The notes under the pieces are model-generated. The model saw nothing but the letters and a program-made list of their open reading frames with translations. It was not told the DNA's origin and searched no databases. A DNA stretch of 49,788 nt from Escherichia phage LL5, in sequence record NC_047985.1; one strand, written 5' to 3'. The position numbers and the translations under genes are program-made. The number at the start of each line of letters is the position of its first letter. The stretch's first letter is position 1. Shown here one piece after another: positions 1 to 7,859 of this stretch.

Positions 1-31
1 GGCGCAACGTTCCACAACACGTATAACAACA

Positions 32-50
32 AAATATCTATATAATACAT
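32..50 (+). repeat. 19-bp AT-rich motif AAATATCTATATAATACAT (copy 1)
   Basis: see copy at 28885-28903; contains TATAAT. Confidence 0.7.
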
Positions 51-302
51 TGAAAAGTAAGATAATTATTATTATATATCTATATTGTTATATAACTTGT
101 TTTGCTTGTTTCTCATGATATTGATACCCCTTTACTGATTGATAGAGTATAAAATTATAAGATAGGTGCTCTTATTTATTATTGGTGGCGGTGATTTTTA
201 ACGAAATGGTGTAACGATTTAGAACATCGTTGATTTAAAAGGATAAATTTTCAATTACCGTTACATTGCGTGATGTTTTTGTTGTCTAATCAAAAATAAC
301 AC

Positions 303-330
303 TTGACGCACAAGCCAGATTTGCTAAGGT
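303..330 (+). promoter_or_regulatory. sigma70-like promoter (TTGACG-16 nt-TAAGGT) upstream of first early gene
   Basis: -35 TTGACG at 303-308, -10 TAAGGT at 325-330, then SD GGAGG and ATG 365. Confidence 0.45.
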
Positions 331-364
331 TTCTGCATTGAGCAACAACGGAGGATAACCAATT

Positions 365-652
365 ATGGTAATGGGCAAAATCGTAAAGCGTGACCTATCC
401 ATAGTTGACGCAACGCCAGAAGATGCAACAAAAGACATTATGTGCCTAATGTACATAGCGCGGATACTGGAGGCGGCAAAACCAAACAGGCTATATTACA
501 TCGACATTAAGGCATCAGGTCGCGACGTTAATTCATTGCGCCAGGCAATAAACACGATTGCGAAAGAGGATCGCATAACCATTAAGACAATAACCACTGA
601 TAACGGCTATATCGGCTTTGTTATCATCGACGTTAAAGAAGCATTTGTGTAA
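365..652 (+). CDS. hypothetical early protein (95 aa)
   Basis: ORF with GGAGG 10 nt upstream of ATG; no recognisable motif. Confidence 0.6.
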   Translation: MVMGKIVKRDLSIVDATPEDATKDIMCLMYIARILEAAKPNRLYYIDIKASGRDVNSLRQAINTIAKEDRITIKTITTDNGYIGFVIIDVKEAFV

Positions 653-663
653 AGAGGTGAATC

Positions 664-1107
664 ATGGAACAAATGACAAGTAAAGAGTTTTGCGAAAAAT
701 TGCGTGAAGCAGCAAGAGCGGCGGCTACAGGTGAGGCGATCAAGTTGCCAGTTGCCTACATCACAATGCACGTTCAGGCAGAGGACGCAAAGAAGCTAAA
801 TTCCTCATACATTCGCACGATCATGAATCGTGTTCCAGAAGTAAAAGAGGTTGGATCTGTAAGCGTCAAGAAAAAGACAAGCGATGACGGCGCGGAATAT
901 TACGAGATCGCAATCAATCGTGACACAAAGCGCCGCATCGTAACAACTAATGACCTTCCGGCAATCAAAGAGCATGAACGCGAAAAACTGGTTGAAAAGA
1001 TTATGCGCATATCGCCGGACTTCTCACACCTGGACGATGAAAAGGCACTTGTTGCAATGCGAGCGGTTGCCACGTTCAAAGATCTGATTAAGGAGATCTC
1101 AAAGTGA
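664..1107 (+). CDS. hypothetical early protein (147 aa)
   Basis: ORF with AGAGG SD; tightly follows previous gene. Confidence 0.6.
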   Translation: MEQMTSKEFCEKLREAARAAATGEAIKLPVAYITMHVQAEDAKKLNSSYIRTIMNRVPEVKEVGSVSVKKKTSDDGAEYYEIAINRDTKRRIVTTNDLPAIKEHEREKLVEKIMRISPDFSHLDDEKALVAMRAVATFKDLIKEISK

Positions 1108-1211
1108 AAACATTCGCCTTTGTCGCTGCAATGTGGTGTGTTGTTATTGATAGTCCTGGCGTGGCGCTGGTTGTGTTAGGTCTTATTTTGTTGGGGGTGT
1201 TTGATGAATAA
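1104..1211 (+). CDS. small hydrophobic peptide (35 aa, GTG start)
   Basis: GTG overlaps upstream stop (GTGA), AGGAG 8 nt upstream; predicted single TM helix. Confidence 0.35.
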   Translation: MKTFAFVAAMWCVVIDSPGVALVVLGLILLGVFDE

Positions 1212-1317
1212 GAAACTTTTAGATCATGCAGTGCTGTTCTTTATCGCTGCTGCTGGATTTTCGCTGTTGTCAATTGCTTTTTTAATACTTGCTTTTGCCG
1301 TGTCAATGCTGAAATGA
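1204..1317 (+). CDS. small hydrophobic peptide (37 aa)
   Basis: ATG preceded by GGGGG; hydrophobic core LFFIAAAGFSLLSIAFLILAFAV. Confidence 0.35.
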   Translation: MNKKLLDHAVLFFIAAAGFSLLSIAFLILAFAVSMLK

Positions 1318-1337
1318 CGGATTACATCCTGATTGGT

Positions 1338-1359
1338 AAATAGCACTTTTTGTTAAAAC
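1338..1359 (+). promoter_or_regulatory. conserved box copy 1 (AAATAGCAC-N5-TGTTAAAAC); function unknown
   Basis: TAGCA/TGTTA inverted repeat; hairpin GGGGTA..TACCCC follows; 74 nt upstream of ATG 1415. Confidence 0.7.
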
Positions 1360-1414
1360 TCGATTGGGGTAGTTTGGAATAATTACCCCATAGAAACACA
1401 ACGGAGAAAATAAA

Positions 1415-1678
1415 ATGCAATTCGAACTAACCCGCGTAACTGTTGAAATTCTGAATGACGGAACCTATGACGGAATGAAGCATTTAACATTCCCAATCAG
1501 AATTGAGAATTGCCTTGATTATGGCTTGGAAGTCGGAATGGTTGACGTTCCTCTTGATGCCCTGGTTGCGGCTGGTTATGACAAGGTAAAAGGCGGTATG
1601 AATCCAGAATCGCCGGATTGCATGGATAGTGACACGTTTTTACCGTTCAGCTATGGCGAATGCCGGATTGTTGATTAA
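1415..1678 (+). CDS. hypothetical protein (87 aa)
   Basis: ORF with GGAG SD. Confidence 0.55.
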   Translation: MQFELTRVTVEILNDGTYDGMKHLTFPIRIENCLDYGLEVGMVDVPLDALVAAGYDKVKGGMNPESPDCMDSDTFLPFSYGECRIVD

Positions 1679-1749
1679 GGTTATAAAATGAGCAGTTGGC
1701 ACAATGAGCACGTAATGCAATTCTACCGCCACAGAATAAAGAAAATGCT

Positions 1750-1771
1750 AAATAGCACGAATTGCTAAAAC
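1750..1771 (+). promoter_or_regulatory. conserved box copy 2 (AAATAGCACGAATTGCTAAAAC)
   Basis: perfect TAGCA-N5-TGCTA; followed by hairpin with loop ATTTGTTATAGC; 77 nt upstream of ATG 1830. Confidence 0.7.
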
Positions 1772-1829
1772 TAAATCAGGGGCATTTGTTATAGCGTCCC
1801 TCGTTGAGTTAAGCAAAGGAGAATCAACA

Positions 1830-2396
1830 ATGTTAAGCATCGAAAAAATCAACTTCCCGATCACCTTTAAATTCTATCATCCTGACATGCAAGTTACTTT
1901 CACCAGTAAAACGCACGGAGAATGGGGATGTGGTGGAATAACCGGATTTAAACTTGAGTATTTCGTTAACAAGCACAACAACAAAAATCCAGATAATATC
2001 CATGGCAAAGATGGGTATTATGAAATGGCTGCTTGTGGCAGAGAAGAAAAACGAGAGTATGACGATCTGTTAGACGCTTTGAAATATTTAAATATCAAGC
2101 CTGGCCAGGTCAATTTAAACGGTGCTGTATTCACTGCGTCAGTAGGTGCTAAAGATTACGATTACATTTGCAAGGTTGAAAACATGCCAGTTGGCGCAAC
2201 GCTGTTAGGTGTTCAGCGTGAAAACGGCGAATGGGACGAGTTGAAATTTAAACCACGCCGCATTGAAGTACACGACGATGTTATCTGCTTGCTTTCCGGT
2301 TATGCTGGCGGCTACAAGAGCGGCAATAATTACGGCGCTGAAATCAACATTAAGATCGGCACTAACGTAAAAATCAAAAACAGCACTAATTGCTAA
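1830..2396 (+). CDS. hypothetical protein (188 aa)
   Basis: ORF with AAGGAG SD; C-terminal residues NSTNC are encoded by box copy 3. Confidence 0.6.
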   Translation: MLSIEKINFPITFKFYHPDMQVTFTSKTHGEWGCGGITGFKLEYFVNKHNNKNPDNIHGKDGYYEMAACGREEKREYDDLLDALKYLNIKPGQVNLNGAVFTASVGAKDYDYICKVENMPVGATLLGVQRENGEWDELKFKPRRIEVHDDVICLLSGYAGGYKSGNNYGAEINIKIGTNVKIKNSTNC

Positions 2397-2399
2397 AAC
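2378..2399 (+). promoter_or_regulatory. conserved box copy 3, degenerate (AAACAGCACTAATTGCTAAAAC)
   Basis: TAG position is CAG, so upstream ORF reads through to TAA inside the box; 75 nt upstream of ATG 2456. Confidence 0.6.
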
Positions 2400-2455
2400 A
2401 AATTAACGGCCTTGCTATATAGTAAGACCATACCAAACAACGAGAGGATCACAAA

Positions 2456-2770
2456 ATGGAATTAGCACGCAACGCGGTTTATGGCTTACACCTTAAAGGC
2501 GGCAAAGGATCAACTTATGCACACCTGTTTCATGTTAACGAGCGAGGCCAAATTGATATTGCAATGTATGTTGACCAACTTGTTAAAGGTGGTGAGTACG
2601 ACAAGTTCAGGCCGGATCTGATTGAATACGATCACACATACAGTCACGACCACTGGTTAGATGGTTATAAATTTACAATGCTGGATAGCCATGTTATTGA
2701 CACAAGCAAATTAACGAATCGTGACTATAAGCGCATGGCTCGAAAAATCTTGAAGCAGAAAGCACAATAG
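2456..2770 (+). CDS. hypothetical protein (104 aa)
   Basis: ORF with GAGAGG SD. Confidence 0.55.
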   Translation: MELARNAVYGLHLKGGKGSTYAHLFHVNERGQIDIAMYVDQLVKGGEYDKFRPDLIEYDHTYSHDHWLDGYKFTMLDSHVIDTSKLTNRDYKRMARKILKQKAQ

Positions 2771-2842
2771 CACAAAATGTTAAGCGGTCATGTGTGCTGA
2801 TTGGTACAATGACCGCATCAACCAACAAGAGAGGATAGAAAA

Positions 2843-2950
2843 ATGTCAAAAGAATCAATCAAGCAGTTTCTGAAATACGGCTCTATGATTGTGCTCGCTA
2901 CCGTTGTGCTGGCTGGCATCGCGTATAGCATTATTGAGTTTGCGGGGTAA
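2843..2950 (+). CDS. small membrane peptide (35 aa)
   Basis: AGAGAGG SD; hydrophobic stretch MIVLATVVLAGIAYSII. Confidence 0.4.
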   Translation: MSKESIKQFLKYGSMIVLATVVLAGIAYSIIEFAG

Positions 2951-2953
2951 TTG

Positions 2954-3496
2954 ATGTTTACGATCAACTTGTGGGGAAGGGATTATGTTAATCCCTATGT
3001 TGCAACAAAACAGCGTTTCGTTATTTTCGACCTAGACGGCACATTGTCAAATGGTGAGCACCGCTTGCACCTGTTGCCAACGGTTGATTTGCACCTTACT
3101 GAAAGCTGGAGTGAGTTTAATCGCGCGGCTAAGGATGATTTACCGTTCAGCAATAACATTGCCGTATGCAATGCCATGTTTGATGCAGGATATCTGGTTA
3201 TCATCCTAACAGGTCGCAGTGATGAAGTTGAAGCGGAAACGCGAGAATGGTTGGCTGAAAACGGCGTTTCTTTCGATTGGCTTATTATGCGCCGCACGGA
3301 GGACAACCGGAAAGATACCGTAATCAAAGAGGAAGTTTTACGGACTATAGGACTTGATCGTATTGTGGCGTGTTGGGATGATTCACCAAACGTTATTGCA
3401 CACCTGCGCGGCCTGGGCTTGACGGTTTACCAGGTCATTGACTACGGCGACCAGTTGCACGATCACTTAAAGTCTCACGGAGTTGAGAAGTTATGA
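2954..3496 (+). CDS. HAD-superfamily phosphatase (polynucleotide 3'-phosphatase-like)
   Basis: N-terminal DxDGT motif (FVIFDLDGTL), later ILTGR and C-terminal acidic motif; resembles the phosphatase half of T4-type polynucleotide kinase. Confidence 0.65.
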   Translation: MFTINLWGRDYVNPYVATKQRFVIFDLDGTLSNGEHRLHLLPTVDLHLTESWSEFNRAAKDDLPFSNNIAVCNAMFDAGYLVIILTGRSDEVEAETREWLAENGVSFDWLIMRRTEDNRKDTVIKEEVLRTIGLDRIVACWDDSPNVIAHLRGLGLTVYQVIDYGDQLHDHLKSHGVEKL

Positions 3497-3669
3497 AACT
3501 AAAATGCATCGGTGAATATCCAGGCTTTACGGTTGGAAACATGTACAATGCGACAATAGGAATGGATCACACATTTTGTTATGAATGCTATGTTGTCATT
3601 GATGATGATGGTGATTCACGTAGCATTGATTTCGAAACAGAGGATTTTGTAGAGGATCGCTATCTGTGA
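3493..3669 (+). CDS. hypothetical protein (58 aa)
   Basis: ATGA start/stop overlap with upstream gene; GGAG SD. Confidence 0.45.
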   Translation: MKLKCIGEYPGFTVGNMYNATIGMDHTFCYECYVVIDDDGDSRSIDFETEDFVEDRYL

Positions 3670-3763
3670 TTGAAAACTATGATCCAATGGCGCTTGCCTG
3701 GGGCGTTGGTGCTTTCGTTGTGGCGGTTGTGATTTGCTTATGGGATATAAACAGGGGGGATAG

Positions 3764-3973
3764 ATGATCCTGTCCGTTGCTTATGCTAACCCCAGGGGGT
3801 GCAATATATTTGGTTTTAAGGTTGGCGGCATGGTTAACGCCAAATACGACGACAGAGGGCGTTTAATGGTTGAAGCGCCAAAGACAAAAGTAATGATGCA
3901 CGTTAAGGAGATTGGCGGAAGGTTGGCGATCAGGTCAATGGCAGGGCAAACGCTTGTTACTTTCTGTAAATAG
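3764..3973 (+). CDS. hypothetical protein (69 aa)
   Basis: ORF with GGGGGG SD; stop TAG lies inside box copy 4. Confidence 0.5.
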   Translation: MILSVAYANPRGCNIFGFKVGGMVNAKYDDRGRLMVEAPKTKVMMHVKEIGGRLAIRSMAGQTLVTFCK

Positions 3974-3989
3974 CACTTTTTGCTAAAAC
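3968..3989 (+). promoter_or_regulatory. conserved box copy 4 (AAATAGCACTTTTTGCTAAAAC)
   Basis: followed by perfect 8-bp hairpin 3995-4020 with loop TTTGATAAAG; 76 nt upstream of ATG 4047. Confidence 0.7.
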
Positions 3990-4046
3990 TTGCTAAGGCA
4001 CATTTGATAAAGTGTGCCTTGTCGAGACAAGCAAGGAGAATGACAC

Positions 4047-4301
4047 ATGAAACATTACAGGTGCGGCAGTCTTATTTATCGTGACGATTGGGTTAATATT
4101 TTTGTCGCATATTATGACAAGATGGAATTTTTTGAATCCATTTACACAAGGAGCGTTTTTAATTCAATGGTTGATGCCGGATTCATGAAAGAGTGTGAGC
4201 CACCAAAAGAGAAGCCGTTTTATAAAAATGGTGATTTCTGGCATAACGCCGTATTAATCACAGTTCTGTTAATTCTTTCTATGGGGTTTATTTTCTTATG
4301 A
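4047..4301 (+). CDS. hypothetical protein with C-terminal TM segment (84 aa)
   Basis: AAGGAG SD; C-terminal hydrophobic AVLITVLLILSMGFIFL. Confidence 0.5.
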   Translation: MKHYRCGSLIYRDDWVNIFVAYYDKMEFFESIYTRSVFNSMVDAGFMKECEPPKEKPFYKNGDFWHNAVLITVLLILSMGFIFL

Positions 4302-4480
4302 CACTTGATAATAAAGTTGAAACGCAAAAGACGATTGATTATCTGCGTGACCTGGCAGATAAGCTGGAGAATAACCAGATTCATTTAAACAAGATCGTTA
4401 TTGAATCGCGCAACGTTTGTTGGAACGTGGAAGAAGAAACATTGACAATGCAAGTTTTAAAGGCGGTAAACAATGGCTAA
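4298..4480 (+). CDS. hypothetical protein (60 aa)
   Basis: ATGA overlap with upstream stop. Confidence 0.45.
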   Translation: MTLDNKVETQKTIDYLRDLADKLENNQIHLNKIVIESRNVCWNVEEETLTMQVLKAVNNG

Positions 4481-5048
4481 AATTATCATCCTAAATGCGC
4501 CTCCTGGTGCTGGTAAAGACACAATCGGCAAGATGATTTCTTTCTATTCGCCTGGTGAGCAATGCCGCATCATTAGCTTTAAAGAGCCAATGTTTGATAT
4601 TGCATTAGCTATCCTGGGCAAAGAGAACTATCAGCGTTTCATGCTGGCTTACGATGACAGAGAGCAGAAAGAAAGGCCGCAAACGTTCCTGATGGGTATG
4701 TCGCCTCGAGAGTTCATGATCTGGATTAGCGAGGATGTGATCAAGCCTAAATTCGGCAAGGATTATTTCGGCGTAAGGTTTAACCAGAAAGTAAAAGAGT
4801 GTGATGCTCCTGTTGTTTGCACTGACGGAGGTTTTCCAGATGAAATTATCGCGCTAATCAATGCTGGTAATGAAGTGAAGCTATGCCGTTTGCATCGCGA
4901 CGGGTTCACGTTTGCAGGTGATAGCCGCAACTACATTCGAATCAATCCCTATTACCAGAAAAACGGATATAGCGAGCACGATTACTTACTAACGAATGAA
5001 AAGCCGATGATTACAGTTAGCGAAATCATTCGCGATCACCTTAAATAG
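4473..5048 (+). CDS. P-loop nucleotide or polynucleotide kinase
   Basis: Walker A near N-terminus (LNAPPGAGKDT), typical of small phage dNMP/polynucleotide kinases; stop TAG inside box copy 5. Confidence 0.65.
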   Translation: MAKIIILNAPPGAGKDTIGKMISFYSPGEQCRIISFKEPMFDIALAILGKENYQRFMLAYDDREQKERPQTFLMGMSPREFMIWISEDVIKPKFGKDYFGVRFNQKVKECDAPVVCTDGGFPDEIIALINAGNEVKLCRLHRDGFTFAGDSRNYIRINPYYQKNGYSEHDYLLTNEKPMITVSEIIRDHLK

Positions 5049-5064
5049 CACGAATTGCTAAAAC
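5043..5064 (+). promoter_or_regulatory. conserved box copy 5 (AAATAGCACGAATTGCTAAAAC)
   Basis: followed by hairpin 5071-5094 (AAGGCCA/TGGCCTT, loop TTTGATATAG). Confidence 0.7.
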
Positions 5065-5132
5065 TTGCGCAAGGCCATTTGATATAGTGGCCTTATTCAA
5101 GAGAAGCAACCAATCAGAGGAATAAACGATGA

Positions 5133-5172
5133 AAATCAAATGCACCAAATCAAATGCACCAAATCAAACACC
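5133..5172 (+). repeat. 14-bp tandem repeat (AAATCAAATGCACC x2 plus 12-bp partial copy) at 5' end of ORF
   Basis: two exact units at 5133-5146 and 5147-5160; third copy lacks TG. Confidence 0.8.
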
Positions 5173-5340
5173 CTGAATCTGACAGTTGGCGCGATTTACC
5201 ATATGGAAGAAGGTGTAAACGGGTTTAGCCAGACTGTTACGCATGAATACGGCGGTCACTTCTTCTTAAACGGTAAAGACGGATTATCTGTAAATGTTGG
5301 CTCTTTCGTTCTGGCAGAATTTGAGATCGTGGAGGAATAA
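5140..5340 (+). CDS. hypothetical protein (66 aa); start context disturbed by tandem repeat
   Basis: well-placed ATG 5129 (GAGG 8 nt upstream) is out of frame; in-frame ATG 5140 has no SD. Confidence 0.4.
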   Translation: MHQIKCTKSNTLNLTVGAIYHMEEGVNGFSQTVTHEYGGHFFLNGKDGLSVNVGSFVLAEFEIVEE

Positions 5341-5341
5341 A

Positions 5342-5506
5342 ATGTTCTGGATTCATTCGCCGCAAGGATTGCTTTATGTGCCTGGCGTTGAATTGGAAGA
5401 ACGACGCGACGGCGACACGGTAAACATCATAACGAAGGATTCAAAAGGCCATACGCTTAAAACGTATGTTTTTAACACTCCAGTTAAGGTTGAAAAAGAT
5501 GATTAA
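5342..5506 (+). CDS. hypothetical protein (54 aa)
   Basis: GGAGG SD 6 nt upstream of ATG 5342. Confidence 0.45.
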   Translation: MFWIHSPQGLLYVPGVELEERRDGDTVNIITKDSKGHTLKTYVFNTPVKVEKDD

Positions 5507-5625
5507 GATGTGGTTAATATTTATCCTGCTTGTCATAATTGGCAATATTTTGATTGTCGCTTATTGTGTTCCTTTTGGTGGCACTGTTTTGGCTATGGCT
5601 GGTTATTACGTGGGGTACAAATCAA

Positions 5626-5871
5626 ATGAATAGAAAAATGCTGGTACGCGCATTCGCAAAGATTGCTAAAAGATGGGGTGATTCAGCTAAAACGCCTTAC
5701 ACGTTTAGTATGTACGGTTACAAGAATGCTCGCGCCTGGGGTCGCTGCATTGCGGATAACTACAACTCCGAAATGCTGGAAGATTTCGCAAAGTGGATTG
5801 ATACGCCTTTGAAGGATTGGTGTCAATTTGACTATGACTATTTCGCAGAAGAAGAAATTTCTTGTTGGTAA
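5626..5871 (+). CDS. hypothetical protein (81 aa)
   Basis: first ATG of ORF; upstream part of track ORF uses TTG; a 44-aa membrane-peptide ORF (5499-5633) overlaps. Confidence 0.4.
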   Translation: MNRKMLVRAFAKIAKRWGDSAKTPYTFSMYGYKNARAWGRCIADNYNSEMLEDFAKWIDTPLKDWCQFDYDYFAEEEISCW

Positions 5872-5882
5872 GGAGAGTAAAC

Positions 5883-6353
5883 ATGATCGCTAAAAATGAC
5901 CTTTGCAACATGTTAACGGCTGGTAATGATTATCAGGTTTTGAATAGCACAGAAGACCATTATTTTATTGAGTGTGATAATGGGGATCGCATGTGGATTA
6001 AAAAATGCTTTTTCGAAAGCGAGCACCTAAGCAATGCAAAGCGGATCGCAGATGAAGCAAGCGCATTAGCAGAGCGTGAACGAATTCGCGATATAGTAGC
6101 TGAGCAGGTTAGAAATTCTTGTTTGCCTGGTGGCGATATCTTCAATCACGTAAAAGGCGTTGGCGGCTCAGGCTGGCAGATTAAAAAGACTGGTGATGCA
6201 ATCATTCAAAGCATCAACTATGAGCCTAACGAATACGTCAAAGTGCTGGATCAGTTGCGCGAAATCATGCGAGTGCCTGAAGGTGAAAGCATTGTGACAC
6301 ATGCAAAGGTTTTAATGGCGTTGGCTGATGCGCTGATTTGTCTGCAAAAATAG
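5883..6353 (+). CDS. hypothetical protein (156 aa)
   Basis: AGGAG SD then ATG 5883; stop TAG inside box copy 6. Confidence 0.55.
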   Translation: MIAKNDLCNMLTAGNDYQVLNSTEDHYFIECDNGDRMWIKKCFFESEHLSNAKRIADEASALAERERIRDIVAEQVRNSCLPGGDIFNHVKGVGGSGWQIKKTGDAIIQSINYEPNEYVKVLDQLREIMRVPEGESIVTHAKVLMALADALICLQK

Positions 6354-6369
6354 CACTTTTTGTTAAAAC
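6348..6369 (+). promoter_or_regulatory. conserved box copy 6 (AAATAGCACTTTTTGTTAAAAC)
   Basis: followed by hairpin 6377-6398 (loop TTTGTTAAAG, one G.T pair); 76 nt upstream of ATG 6427. Confidence 0.7.
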
Positions 6370-6426
6370 TTCCGCGAGGGCATTTGTTAAAGTGTCCTAA
6401 TTGAAGCGAAACATGGAGATTACGAA

Positions 6427-6630
6427 ATGGCTGTATACACTGGCAAGATGTTTGAATGTCTCAATCCGATTTACGGCGGCAACTATGAGCTAATCATTGA
6501 TGATGATCGCGTTATTCTTGCTAATGATGACGCTGAAGAATATCACGAGGTTGTAGCGGATAAGTACGATAATGACGTTATGATCTTAGCAGGAAACAAC
6601 CGCATCAAGTTTTACGCAGTGGAGGAATAA
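6427..6630 (+). CDS. hypothetical protein (67 aa)
   Basis: ORF with GGAG SD. Confidence 0.5.
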   Translation: MAVYTGKMFECLNPIYGGNYELIIDDDRVILANDDAEEYHEVVADKYDNDVMILAGNNRIKFYAVEE

Positions 6631-6633
6631 CAG

Positions 6634-6939
6634 ATGATCGAAATCAACCTATCAGAAGAACAAGCGAAATCGTTGCTAATGTGCCTGGGTTGGCGCATGG
6701 GCGCAGGTAGCGAGGCGGTTGTAAACATCAAAGAGGAAGTAGCAAGAGAGCTTTTTGCACAGCTTGAGCATAAACTGATGCCAGCCTCAACAAGCGCGGC
6801 GGAGTTGGCTGTGTGGAGGCATGAAAACGGCCTTAATGAAATGGATGTTGAAAAGTGGAAGCGTAAAAACGGGAAAGCTGTTGATAAGGTTGGTTTTGTT
6901 GGTCGCTGTATTATGGTTAACGTGGAGAAGTTCAGATGA
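6634..6939 (+). CDS. hypothetical protein (101 aa)
   Basis: ORF with GGAGG SD. Confidence 0.55.
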   Translation: MIEINLSEEQAKSLLMCLGWRMGAGSEAVVNIKEEVARELFAQLEHKLMPASTSAAELAVWRHENGLNEMDVEKWKRKNGKAVDKVGFVGRCIMVNVEKFR

Positions 6940-7253
6940 TTTATGTTCATAGCTACGGCGTTGGAAAGTTTGGCAGTAAGCAGATCCGAAATATTCACGA
7001 CACGCTCGATGAAGCAATGGCGCAGAAACGCGTTTTAGGTGGAGTGGTTCAGGCGTTTGAATCTGTTGAGAACATAGCTGCTAACGAGTATTACAAAGAC
7101 GTTGTTGTGGATGAGGTTTCGACAATCATCGACGAACTAAGCACGTCAGCGCTAGGCTCACCACGCGATCTTGAGTCGGGTTCTCCAGCGTGGGATAGCT
7201 ACAAGGTCAAGACTTTAAACAACATCCGCGAGCTACTTGACGAAATCAATTAA
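6936..7253 (+). CDS. hypothetical protein (105 aa)
   Basis: ATGA overlap with upstream gene. Confidence 0.55.
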   Translation: MIYVHSYGVGKFGSKQIRNIHDTLDEAMAQKRVLGGVVQAFESVENIAANEYYKDVVVDEVSTIIDELSTSALGSPRDLESGSPAWDSYKVKTLNNIRELLDEIN

Positions 7254-7271
7254 AAATCGATACTGTTTAAA

Positions 7272-7305
7272 GCGCCTCAGACGCATTCTAAGAGGCGCAA
7301 AATTT
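7272..7305 (+). terminator. putative terminator hairpin (GCGCCTC..GAGGCGC) with A/T tract
   Basis: 7-bp GC-rich inverted repeat then AAAATTT, 20 nt after stop of 6936-7253. Confidence 0.35.
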
Positions 7306-7319
7306 GGAAAGGTGATTCT

Positions 7320-7448
7320 ATGCCTAACTACATAAAACCGTCGCAGTGGTGCGCACAGAAGCAAGAGGAAGCGTTAGAGCGCGGCGACACTGATACAGCG
7401 TTGCACTATTTTGAAATGCACCAACTATGGATTAGCAGAGGAATGTAA
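7320..7448 (+). CDS. hypothetical small protein (42 aa)
   Basis: AAGGTG SD; below track length cutoff. Confidence 0.35.
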   Translation: MPNYIKPSQWCAQKQEEALERGDTDTALHYFEMHQLWISRGM

Positions 7449-7449
7449 A

Positions 7450-7677
7450 ATGTTTGGACTTAACGAGGAACAATACAACGCAATAAAGAAAATGGCTCGC
7501 GAGTGCAACAAAGAATTGAAATTCGAATGTGACAACGGCAAGAAGTATGATCACGTTGCAACGGGAATTATCACAAAGCACCACACGCCAGTTTCGACGC
7601 TAATCACTCGCATTAGTTTTATTTGGCTTTGCGGTCACTTAGCGGAGCGGTTCGGTAGGGTTGGCGAGTACGAATAA
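7450..7677 (+). CDS. hypothetical protein (75 aa)
   Basis: GAGG SD then ATG 7450 (track ORF extends upstream without SD). Confidence 0.45.
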   Translation: MFGLNEEQYNAIKKMARECNKELKFECDNGKKYDHVATGIITKHHTPVSTLITRISFIWLCGHLAERFGRVGEYE

Positions 7678-7859
7678 TAGCCAGTTGAATCTGGTAAGGT
7701 TGACGGCGTGTTGTCTGATTGGTAGATTAAACGCCGTGAACATAAGAGACTCAATAGAGCAAAGCGCGGCGCGTTAGCCGTAAAGCCAAATCGGATGGGA
7801 TTGCATTGCAAATGACCATCGCGGGAACCGTAACCCGCAACCACTCAGGAGATTAATTT

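Noticed and set aside
1688-1768. 26-codon ORF ending inside box copy 2 (C-terminus LNSTNC)
   Set aside because: No convincing Shine-Dalgarno; the NSTNC ending is explained by in-frame reading of the box and does not by itself show a real gene.
7678-7859. tRNA gene in the largest early intergenic gap
   Set aside because: No cloverleaf, no GTTCRANYC T-loop motif and no anticodon-stem pattern could be found by eye; needs a tRNAscan run to exclude formally.
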